From assembly GCA_950097015.1 (NCBI GenBank), contig CATNEN010000007.1, positions 12,586,001-12,650,000 of the forward strand: a stretch of 64,000 nucleotides of DNA. The letters are read 5' to 3'. This DNA comes from Macrostomum hystrix. Taxonomy: Eukaryota; Animalia; Platyhelminthes. Position 1 is the stretch's first letter, and the number at the start of each line of letters is the position of its first letter. The position numbers and the translations under genes are program-made. Shown here in pieces: positions 1-10,600 of this stretch. The notes under the pieces were generated by a model. That model saw only the letters and a program-made list of their open reading frames with translations, did not search any database and was not told the origin of the DNA.

Positions 1-334
1 GGTCTTGCCTGACAAGTGGCACACGACCATGCGAACACGTCCTGCCGCATAAGCTGCCTGTACTCTGCTTGTGAGATTCTAGTCCCACAAGTTCGATGTT
101 GCCACTTTTGGCACGAATCGCACTGTATGGCCTGTTGACGTGGCCGCACAGTCTCTGAGCACTGAATACACTTATCAGTGTCCATTACCAAGACGTAAAA
201 AATTGAGTGGCCCTCCTGAAACCCTACTCCATTATATAGTGTTTGAGGAGGTTGCATTGTCAGGTTTAAAGTATTTCGTATCATGTTGAGACATGATAGT
301 TGAGGATTAGACAAGGTGCTAATTCGCATTGAGA

Positions 335-658
335 GATTGAGAGAACATGTGTCAACCCGAGGGGCGCTGGTTTAAGTAAAAGAGACAGGGTGCACGTTGT
401 CAGCTTAAGAGAACAGGTGTCAGCGCGAGGGCTCTGGTTCAAGTTACAGAGACAGGGCACGTTGTCAGTTTGGGGGTGGGTGCGAAGATAGATTGAGAGA
501 ACATGTGTCAACGCGAGGGGCGCTGGTTTAAGTAAAAGAGACAGGGTGCACGTTGTCAGCTTAAGAGAACAGGTGTCAGCGCGAGGGGCCCTGGTTCAAG
601 TTACAGAGACAGGGCACGTTGTCAGTTTAGGGATGGGGTGGCGAAGATGGATTGAGAA
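335..658. repeat. ~156-bp direct repeat (~2 copies), each built of two related ~70-85-bp subunits; probably internal to the transposon ending at 896
   Basis: GATTGAGAGAACATGTGTCAAC...CACGTTGTCAGTTT occurs at 335 and 491, with a partial third start at 650. Confidence 0.85.
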
Positions 659-732
659 CGTTCCGGATAATAAGTAATGATAACAAAGGTAATGTTATGT
701 ACATGTTATGACATTTGCAAACTGTAGCTAGC

Positions 733-896
733 CAGTTGACGAAGTAACTAACATTCTCAGGTCATTTCGTCAACTGACTGATAAAGCAATCTAAAACCTT
801 GGTCATTTCGTCAACTGCAAGTGAGACCACCTTAAACTGTTGGTCAATTCGTCAACCAAGTTGACGAACTGGCAGTTGACGAAATGACCAGCACCC
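733..896. mobile_element. Right end of a DNA transposon: terminal inverted repeat with clustered subterminal GGTCATTTCGTCAAC motifs in both orientations
   Basis: Six copies of GTCATTTCGTCAAC/GTTGACGAA in 160 bp, ending ...GTTGACGAAATGACCAGCACCC, followed by an abrupt switch to AT-rich DNA. The left TIR is not seen in the window. Confidence 0.55.
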
Positions 897-2761
897 ACTG
901 GTGTATTGTAACTACTTTCAGTCCTAATTAAAAAGTATCAGGCCCTAGTATTACAAACAATATAATGAAAATTCATTTCTGGAATATGAAATACAATTTA
1001 CTAGTGTAATTTTCTTCACTTGAATATATTAAATTGTATTAATTAGTATTTAGAAGTTTAAATTCCAATGGTCCAACAATGAGTAGGCCTAATGACTAAT
1101 TATGTAGCACATATATAGGATAAAAATATAATTAGCTAGGCCTATAGGCCTTATCTTAAGAAAGTATATGGGCTATGTATATAAACAATGACCATGTAAT
1201 TATTTTTTATATAGCTTATTAATATTATTATTAGGCCTAGGCCTATGTCCAATGCCTTGTGATTAATTTCCACAATTACTTTTGTTGCTATAGCATAGCA
1301 ACAAAAGGGTATCTGTCTAGTCTAGCCTTCTAAGGCCATATTCTGGATTATACTATGATCTAGAAAAAGTCATACACATCTTCACAATGTCCTAGCTACA
1401 AATTGACACCTTAGACATGCACATTAGTCTAGTACTTTTTATAGATATTTTCATTTAAAGTGTGCTATGACTGCTTTTACACTTTTTGCATGCATAAAAA
1501 ATTTTGCTGGTGCAAATCATTAACAAAAAACTCATCAAGCATAGTTTTTAAAGCCAAGTTTGGTGTCAGAGTCTGACAAACTATTTGCTCAAGAGTTTGT
1601 GATTTTTGTTTATATTTTTGCTCGAAGTAGTACTTTAAATGTTTGTCAGAAAATATATTTTACAGAACCCATAGCTAGTTTTCTATGCCAAAAAGTTGGC
1701 CTTATTCATTAGTCACTTCTATAACAAGAGTCTCCAAGTTATTAGCATGTTACTTTAGCAATAGCTATGAACTTCCATTTTTATATTTACTAAATGGTTT
1801 TCCATTTTTTCCTGTGAATACCATTAAGATGCCAATCTATACTGGGGCTATATAGGCTGATCTATATATCTTAACAAGAAAGCAGTTGTAAAAATAGCTT
1901 AGGGCCCTAGTTCTTTTATAATATTTGTTTTTAGTGTTATATTGTTTCCTCCTTTAGTCCATCATTGTATTTTGTGGTATTTTTGGATTGGTAAGAAAAT
2001 GGAGCTAGGCCCTATGCATACAGTAGGCTAAAAAATTTAGGTCAAAGTATCAATTAGTGATCAAAGTATTGGATCAGCCAAACTATTTGTTGGCTTAACT
2101 ATAATTCCTATGAATATTCTACTTTTTCTCAATCATTATCCAACTAGCTAAGACGTGTTTCAAATAAGGCAGTCAAGTTAGTTGTAAACTGTTAGTAACT
2201 ATTTTTTTGTTTCTTATTTGTTTTGCTGCTTAACCTTTTATGTGTGGATATCCTGCTAAAGTCCAGCCTAATTTTCATTCCAAGGCAGACTTTAGTTGCT
2301 ACAGTTTTTTAGTATCTGAGTCTACTGCTATGTTAAATCATTTTCTATCCATTAATGACACCAATATACAGATTAATACTTTTAGCAAAAAGCTGATCTA
2401 GTAAGTCACTAAATTTAAACACATTGAAAATGGGCTTACCTACTAGCTTGCTCTAACGCTAGTCTTTATGCTTCCCCAATATAGACCACCATGTATTGTG
2501 TAGATTGCTTGGTTAAACTTCATATAGAAACCATGGGAGAAGCAGGTTGTAGCAGGCTGAAGACTTTGGTCCTGCTGGTTAGCATCAAAAGTTGAAAGAA
2601 AGCTAAGTTAGATTTTGTCTTGTCTATTTCACAGATGGTCAGTTGGCTAATGTAAGCTAAAAAGATAATTAATTATCATGAATTGATTATATCTGCCCCA
2701 ATCAGGCCAGATATGCAGTTGACAGCACAGCTGCAGCTACATCTGATGGATACTTATAGCT

Positions 2762-2937
2762 ATTCAGTCCATTCAATTCTCCCAGCTGATGCTGGTACCC
2801 ATTTAACAGCTGGGTGAACTGAAGCAATGCAGAGTTAAGTGTCTTGCTAAAGGACTCAAATTGTTCCAGTGGAGTCGAGAATCGAACCACCAACCTTAAA
2901 ATCGTGAGTCCGACGCCCTAACCACTAGTCTACAACC
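2762..2937 (-). mobile_element. tRNA-derived SINE with a CORE-like central domain
   Basis: The minus strand reads A-box-like TAGACTAGTGG, B box GGTTCGATTCTC, then GCAAGACACTTAACTCTGCATTGCTTCAGTTCACCCAGCTGTTAAATGGGTACCAGC (CORE-like). Related copies lie at 3053 and 45420. Confidence 0.75.
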
Positions 2938-2947
2938 TCTGTTAGGT

Positions 2948-2985
2948 GTGTGTGGCGTCCCCTCAGTCCATGGACTGAACAGCTG
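2948..2985 (+). mobile_element. 3' fragment of the same SINE family
   Basis: GTGTGGCGTCCCCTCAGTCCATGGACTGAACAG matches the tail of the copy at ~45557-45590 and is inverted relative to 3054-3082. Confidence 0.6.
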
Positions 2986-3052
2986 TACGCAGCCTTCAGA
3001 TGCGCCAGCCTTCAGATCAGTTGGGGCAGGTGTAATCATGATATATTATTAT

Positions 3053-3232
3053 TATCAGTCCATGGACTGAAGGGATGCCACAGCCACCCTCAATTACCGC
3101 AGCTAATGCTGGTATCCATCAAACAGCTGGGTGAACTAAATCAGTGCAGAGTTGATTGTAACTCTGCACTTTTTTAATTATACCCCACAGCCTTCAGGTT
3201 ATGAGTCAAAGGCTCTAAGCACTAGGCTACAA
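3053..3232 (-). mobile_element. Second, more degraded copy of the SINE
   Basis: Shares GCTGGTA.CCAT..AACAGCTGGGTGAACT with 2790-2820, and has the CAGTCCATGGACTG tail and a decayed tRNA head. Confidence 0.65.
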
Positions 3233-5136
3233 CCCCCTGTAAACCAAAAAACTTATGTACAAAAAATTCTGACAAATATACCACAGCCAAATCACCATCT
3301 TACTTTTAGCTCAGTTATTTTAATAGCCTTTAGCTTGCATTAGATAATATACAAGTAATAATTTTGTTCGTTTGTGTCTAGCAGAAAAACCATGTGTTCA
3401 ACCCATGGGTATTATATTCAGTACAATCAATAAGTAAGTAGTATCAGCTTTTAAGTAGGTTATGTATCAAATATAGCTTTTTTAGATTGGCCCTTTGCAG
3501 GGTAAACTCTGTACATTTACAAAACCTAAGCATTCTATAAAGAGCCATGATGACAATGATAAGAGAATAATTGCACAATACCTTAATGCACTAATCAACT
3601 TGGTAAAATAAGAATGCACGCTTTTTATCCCACAATTCTGGATTTGGTAATTGGTTTTTTACATAAACTACTGTAAGTAGGTATACGCGTATTTGTGTTT
3701 TGTTTGAGAGTCTATTCATAGAATGACTATCTCGCGCAATATCGGATAGCCTAGAAGTTTTTATACACACCGTCGCATTTATCTTCCTGTCACTCTCGTT
3801 AGACTGCATGGCTTGTTGACGTTAGCTAGATTTCCAGTGTGACCTAGTTAATCGGTTCACATATGTATTAGGTTGCAAGAAATTAAGAAACTGTCAATTC
3901 GGCTAGTACGTTTCTTTGATACAGACAAAACACAGTTTCCTCCTGCAGAGCTTGAGTTAAGCTCGAGCCATGTTAATTTGCTGCTTCCATTATTATCCAC
4001 TTACAATCGCTACATAGAAACAGGCCAGACAGGGTTTATCTTCCATCGCCTGCATGGAAATACATTTCTTCATCCAGTCGAGTTCGGACTGGTTCTTAAA
4101 CTGAATCATTCACTTTGCACTGGAGTGGATGGCAGCTATTCTTATTCATTCATTGTGCAAAGCTGTGCACCCCGCGTGCATATTTGCTATCCGTTAAAGA
4201 GTGGCTGGTACGGCTCACTGTTTCGTTTTGAGCAGGGATACGATCGTTTAAATTTACTCATTTAATTGCTTTAAAAAAATGTTTATTTTTTTTGTAGAGT
4301 TAAAACTTAGTGTTGCCACAGTAGGCTTTGCTTAGGACAGGGCTCGTTCGGCCGGGGTTGGCTGTCGTTTTTGTTCTCGTGTGCCCCCTGGCCCATTCGG
4401 TTCGCAGCAATAACAGCAGCGGGTCGAAAATACTGCGGGGAAACCGCTCTATTCTGGTTCCAGCGCTCAGCTCAGCGCTCATTGGTCGCCACTGCTAAAA
4501 TGCTGTCTCGCCCCTCCCACTGCATGAGTGGCACCTCCTCCACCCCACTCAGTCGTTTCTTGCACAAAAAATGTTTATAGAAATTTCACAGCAGCCTGCC
4601 TTGGCATCGCATACTCTCCGGTATTCCCAGAGCGACCATCTTACCTCCCCTTGTTGCTGTTCTGTTCCTCAAGAACTAGCTTGTTCTGCTAGCTAGTGGA
4701 TTAGACCGTGATTGGACCGAGTCCTAGTTATATAAGCAACTCCGAGCAGTCTCGCCTGTGTTCCTTCTCTGACAGAGGTGAGTTTTTGGAATTGCTTTTG
4801 TTCTTTTGATTGGGCATGTCAGTTTTGATATAGAAACACAATTCAATAGCCTGAAGCTCGAGGTGCATTAATGTTAGCCAGATAAGGAACTCCAATGCAG
4901 TCAGTCCTGCAATTGTGTTATCAATTAAAAGCGGAACAGCCATTCGAGCAAGCCTGCAAATGCCAAAGCAGTTTCTGTGCTGTGCTCAAAACAGGTTTTA
5001 AGCATGGATAAGGTTATGTTTTATAAGCAGTGGCGCTCTGATTTCTCACTCCAGGGCAGGTCATCCACACCTTTCAGTTGTTAATACTGAGTTCACAGTC
5101 AGCTCAGCTGTGCCTTGCACTCTTTTTATCCTGCAG

Positions 5137-6648
5137 ATGCCAGGGAGCCACAAATCGACGGAAAGCTTGGCGGCTAACGGAGTGAAGACGCTGCCAGATG
5201 GTGATGAAGCCGCACCGCCAGCTGGAGACGAAGCCGCGCCAGCGGGCCCGGTGCAACTCAAGCGGCGCATCACCCTGCTCAACGGAGTCAGCATCATCGT
5301 TGGCTCCATCATCGGCTCTGGCATCTTCGTCAGCCCGACCGGCATATTCAAGGAGGTGAACAGCGTCGGCGCCTCCTTACTGGTGTGGGTCGCCTGCGGA
5401 GTATTCAGCTTCTTCGGCGCGTATAGCTATGCGGAGCTGGGCACAATGATCCAGCGATCAGGCGCCGACTATGCCTACGTGCTAGAGGCCTTCGGTCCGT
5501 TTCTCGGCTTCCTGCGCGTCTGGTGCGAAATCATCGTTATGCGGCCTTGCGCGCAGACCATCGTTGCGCTCACCTTCGCCAAGTACGTCTTGGAGCCCGT
5601 TTTCAGCGGCTGCCAGCCTCCCATTGTTGCCGAGAAGTTGCTGGCGGCCCTGTGCCTGACCATAATCACATTCGCCAACTGCTGCAGCGTCCGCGCTTCC
5701 ACCATCATCCAGGACGTCTGCACATGGGGCAAAACTCTCGCCCTGCTCATTATCATCGCTGCCGGAATTGCCCAGGTGTGTCGTGGTCGAGTTGAAGCCT
5801 TTCAGGATTCGTTCGCCGACACGACGCTCGACGTCGGCAGCCTGGTGCGCGCCTTCTACTCAGGCCTGTTCGCCTACAACGGTTGGAACTATCTCAACTG
5901 CGTCACCGGCGAGATGAAAAACCCCCAGCGCGACCTCCCGCTGGCCATCTTTATCTCCTGCGCCTTGGTCACAGTGATCTACGTGCTGGCCAATGCCGCC
6001 TACTTCACTACCGTGCCAATCAGCATTTTTGTCTCCACCCCAGCTGTTGCCATCTTGTTCGCGCAGAAACTTTTCGGCCCGCTGGCCATGGTGATGCCCA
6101 TCTTTGTGTCGATGTCCACCTTCGGCGGAGTCAATGGTATCATGCTCACCACCTCCAGGCTGTTCTATGCAGCCGCAGAAGAGGGCCAGATGCCGGCTAT
6201 GCTCTGCATGATCCAGCGCTCGCAGCTCACCCCGCTGCCCGCCGTGCTGCTGGTTGGCCTGCTGTCACTCGCCTACCTGGTTGTTGATGACATCTACATG
6301 CTGGTGAACTACATGGGCTTCGTCACCTGGATGGCTATCGGCCTGTCCGTCTTTATTGTGCTCTACTTCCGCATCAAACGGCCGCACGCGCCCCGCCCCA
6401 TCCGGGTACCGATTGTGTTCCCCGTGGTTTACACTTTGCTGACCGTGCTGCTGTGCGGCAACACTTTCATCGGGGCCTACAGGGAGAGCGTCATGGGAAT
6501 CCTGATCATCCTGACCGGCATTCCTGTGTACCTGGTGGGTGTTGCCTGGCGCAGGAAGCCAGCCTCGCTGCTGCGGGCCAGCGCGGGCTTGACCTGCCTG
6601 GTACAAAAGCTGTTCCTTGTGCAGCCAGGTGACAAGAGCGCAGACTAA
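5137..6648 (+). CDS. L-type amino-acid transporter light chain (SLC7A5/7/8-like, APC superfamily), intronless CDS, 503 aa
   Basis: Motifs LKRRITLLNGVSIIVGSIIGSGIFVSP, SYAELGTMI, GLFAYNGWNYLN, EMKNPQRDLP, STFGGVNG and about 12 hydrophobic segments. The ATG at 5137 directly follows a polypyrimidine-CAG acceptor. AATAAA at 6858. Confidence 0.95.
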   Translation: MPGSHKSTESLAANGVKTLPDGDEAAPPAGDEAAPAGPVQLKRRITLLNGVSIIVGSIIGSGIFVSPTGIFKEVNSVGASLLVWVACGVFSFFGAYSYAELGTMIQRSGADYAYVLEAFGPFLGFLRVWCEIIVMRPCAQTIVALTFAKYVLEPVFSGCQPPIVAEKLLAALCLTIITFANCCSVRASTIIQDVCTWGKTLALLIIIAAGIAQVCRGRVEAFQDSFADTTLDVGSLVRAFYSGLFAYNGWNYLNCVTGEMKNPQRDLPLAIFISCALVTVIYVLANAAYFTTVPISIFVSTPAVAILFAQKLFGPLAMVMPIFVSMSTFGGVNGIMLTTSRLFYAAAEEGQMPAMLCMIQRSQLTPLPAVLLVGLLSLAYLVVDDIYMLVNYMGFVTWMAIGLSVFIVLYFRIKRPHAPRPIRVPIVFPVVYTLLTVLLCGNTFIGAYRESVMGILIILTGIPVYLVGVAWRRKPASLLRASAGLTCLVQKLFLVQPGDKSAD

Positions 6649-7640
6649 ACCACTGCAGTGCGTCTGACCAATCCGTGTGCAAATTGCTTGCTCCTGTTTA
6701 GCGATCCCCAGTGCTTTTTATTTTTAACAGTTGCTTGTTTGAAGTGCTTCTGAGTAGTTTCACAGAACATTTGAAATCTTATCAAAACTGATGAGGTGAT
6801 GACCCGCTACTATTTGGCTTTTGCGTACTGTAACGTAGTTACGATTTTATACACATAAATAAATACATGAAATATGGTATAATCATAATGAAATGCTTTT
6901 CACATTTGATATAGCAGCAGGTTGGCAGGATCGCTCTTGTAATGCGCGTGTGCATATTTAGGACAGCTTTTATTGCTCGCCACTCAAAGCTATTCTTACT
7001 TTTACTGGTGCTAAAACAAGTTTCGATTGCGTACGAAGCCAATAATGTTAATGCAAATCGCAGCCATTTATTTGTACAACTGCTGCATGCTAAAGTAAAT
7101 GCGCCTTGTATTCTAAAGACCGATCTTTTTTAAATATAACCGCAAATTTTTTGCTCCCTAGAGAAATTTGCAATTTTCGGATTTCAAACAGAGTCACAAT
7201 GTTTTAGTTTTTTATTACATATAAAACTTTTCCGGCTCGAATCTTGTCTCACTTTTAGTGAGATACATGCCGCTCACACTTTTGAAGGAGATTCGCTCTT
7301 CTGTTTTAAGAAGATTTAGTAAAAAAGTCACGGGAGACTTAAATTACTACGGCTTTAAGTGCAGTTTCTTTGGGCGCTTAGCAGGAACGATTCGAATCAT
7401 GAATTGGTTTTAAAGGTCTGGGTTTTTTCATAAAATATACTTATACTACTAGTGATATACTTCACTGATGTATTTTCTTTTGTATATATTGTGTATATTC
7501 TTTTCACTAAGAGCATCGCAGTTTATCCTTATTGTCCAATACTTGTTTTGTGTTTCCATTGTATAACACCAACGTTCTCCCGTTCCAGCTAAGTTTGCTT
7601 AAGCCGAAAATAAAAAAGAGCATCGGGGGTCCTTGGCCAA

Positions 7641-10600
7641 ATGTCGCTCGACCATAGCCGCCTGCCGGTCGTGGTTCTTAAGCGCAGCTTCGAGCTCGAC
7701 CAGATTGCTCGCTGCTCGTCTCCGCCACCAGTCCAGCTCCTACCTAGTGAGGCCTTCACTACGGCAATTGAGGTTCCAGTAGAAAATACAGCGAGTAAAA
7801 AGAGAACAAGAATAGTCTGCGTACGCAAGTCTCAGAAGCGAAGATTGCTGCAGCAAGAAGATGGCCTTCTAGTTCTGGCCGTAACAAATTCTGTTACTAG
7901 TAGTATCGCACAGGAAAACTCAAATCTGCCAGTTATATCAGCTGACGCAGCTACAGAAGCCACGACAGTGAAGAAGCAAAAAAAGTGCGATGGCTCTTGC
8001 GAGTCGCAGATCTTGCAGATGGGCAATCGTGACACAGAGACCTTGTCTGCTAGTGCACCAGCTTCTAGCTCTAGCAATGATGACCCAGCATCACATAATA
8101 TAACTGTCGATGCAAGCTCGAAGAAAAAGAAACGCCACAGCTCATCCAGGTCTCAAAAGCAGAGCGTGCGGTCTGATGATCGCGACTCGAAAGTCACTGC
8201 TGTGGCAGAAGCCAGCGGTTCTAACAATGTCGATGCTGACTATCCAACTCAAGACGAAGTTGTCGATGCAAACTCGAAGAAAAAGAAACGCCACAGCTCA
8301 TCCAGGTCTCAAAAGCAGAGCGTGCAGTCTGATGATCGCGACTCGAAAGTCACTGCAGTGGCGGAAGCCAGCGGTTCTAACAATGTCGATGCTGACTATC
8401 CAACTCAAGACGAAGTTGTCGATGCAAGCTCGAAGAAAAAGAAACGCTACAGCTCATCCAGGTCTCAAAAGCAGAGCGTGCAGTCTGATGATCACGACTC
8501 GAAAGTCACTGCAGTGGCGGAAGCCAGCGGTTCTAACAATGTCGATGCTGACCCTCCAACTCAAGACGAAGTTGTCGATGCAAGCTCGAAGAAAAAGAAA
8601 CGCTACAGCTCATCCAGGTCTCAAAAGCAGAGCGTGCAGTCTGATGATCACGACTCGAAAGTCACTGCTGTGGCAGAAGCCAGCGGTTCTAACAATGTCG
8701 ATGCTGACTATCCAACTCAAGACGAAGTTGTCGATGCAAGCTCGAAGAAAAAGAAACGCTACAGCTCATCCAGGTCTCAAAAGCAGAGCGTGCAGTCTGA
8801 TGATCACGACTCGAAAGTCACTGCTGTGGCAGAAGCCAGCGGTTCTAACAATTTCGATGCTGACCCTCCAACTCAAGACGAAGTTGTCGATGCAAGCTCG
8901 AAGAAAAATAAGCGCCACAGCTCATCCAGGTCTCAAAAGCAGAGCGTGCAGTCTGATGATCGCGACTCGAAAGTCACTGCTGTGGCAGAAGCCAGCGGTT
9001 CTAACAATTTCGATGCTGACTATCCAACTCAAGACGAAGTTGTCGATGCAAACTCGAAGAAAAATAAGCGCCACAGCTCATCCAGGTCTCAAAAGCAGAG
9101 CGTGCAGTCTGATGATCGCGACTCGAAAGTCACTGCAGTGGCGGAAGCCAGCGGTTCTAACAATGTCGATGCTGACTATCCAACTCAAGACGAAGTTGTC
9201 GATGCAAGCTCGAAGAAAAAGAAACGCTACAGCTCATCCAGGTCTCAAAAGCAGAGCGTGCAGTCTGATGATCACGACTCGAAAGTCACTGCAGTGGCGG
9301 AAGCCAGCGGTTCTAACAATGTCGATGCTGACCCTCCAACTCAAGACGAAGTTGTCGATGCAAGCTCGAAGAAAAAGAAACGCTACAGCTCATCCAGGTC
9401 TCAAAAGCAGAGCGTGCAGTCTGATGATCACGACTCGAAAGTCACTGCTGTGGCAGAAGCCAGCGGTTCTAACAATGTCGATGCTGACTATCCAACTCAA
9501 GACGAAGTTGTCGATGCAAGCTCGAAGAAAAAGAAACGCTACAGCTCATCCAGGTCTCAAAAGCAGAGCGTGCAGTCTGATGATCACGACTCGAAAGTCA
9601 CTGCTGTGGCAGAAGCCAGCGGTTCTAACAATTTCGATGCTGACCCTCCAACTCAAGACGAAGTTGTCGATGCAAGCTCGAAGAAAAATAAGCGCCACAG
9701 CTCATCCAGGTCTCAAAAGCAGAGCGTGCAGTCTGATGATCGCGACTCGAAAGTCACTGCTGTGGCAGAAGCCAGCGGTTCTAACAATTTCGATGCTGAC
9801 TATCCAACTCAAGACGAAGTTGTCGATGCAAACTCGAAGAAAAATAAGCGCCACAGCTCATCCAGGTCTCAAAAGCAGAGCGTGCAGTCTGATGATCGCG
9901 ACTCGAAAGTCACTGCAGTGGCGGAAGCCAGCGGTTCTAACAATGTCGATGCTGACCCTCCAACTCAAGACGAAGTTGTCGATGCAAGCTCGAAGAAAAA
10001 GAAACGCTACAGCTCATCCAGGTCTCAAAAGCAGAGCGTGCAGTCTGATGATCGCGACTCGAAAGTCACTGCAGTGGCAGAAGCCAGCGGTTCTATCAAT
10101 TTCGATGCTGACTATCCAACTCAAGACGAAGTTGTCGATGCAAGCTCGAAGAAAAATAAGCGCCACAGCTCATCCAGGTCTCAAAAGCAGAGCGTGCAGT
10201 CTGATGATCACGACTCGAAAGTCACTGCAGTGGCGGAAGCCAGCGGTTCTAACAATTTCGATGCTGACCCTCCAACTCAAGACGAAGTTGTCGATGCAAG
10301 CTCGAAGAAAAATAAGCGCCACAGCTCATCCAGGTCTCAAAAGCAGAGCGTGCAGTCTGATGATCGCGACTCGAAAGTCACTGCTGTGGCAGAAGCCAGC
10401 GGTTCTAGCAATGTCGATGCTGACTATCCAACTCAAGACGAAGTTGTCGATGCAAACTCGAAGAAAAATAAGCGCCACAGCTCATCCAGGTCTCAGAAGC
10501 AGAGCGTGCGGTCTGATGATCGCGACTCGAAAGTCACTGCAGTGGTTGAGACCATTGGTAATTTCGATTCGGACCGCCCCAAATCAGTGAATATCATTGA

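Noticed and set aside
1-290. Possible degraded reading frame at the window start
   Set aside because: All plus-strand frames are interrupted by stops and no transposase motif could be recognised.
2870-2937. tRNA-like sequence
   Set aside because: No intact cloverleaf or acceptor stem, and it continues into a SINE body, so it is annotated as a SINE head.
3873-4265. 130-aa ORF upstream of the SLC7 gene
   Set aside because: Non-ATG start, no recognisable motif, and base composition of non-coding DNA.
8110-10590. 826-aa basic ORF overlapping the hnRNP-U-like gene in another frame
   Set aside because: It coincides almost exactly with the 156-bp repeat, whose unit happens to lack a stop in this frame, and it closes soon after the array ends.
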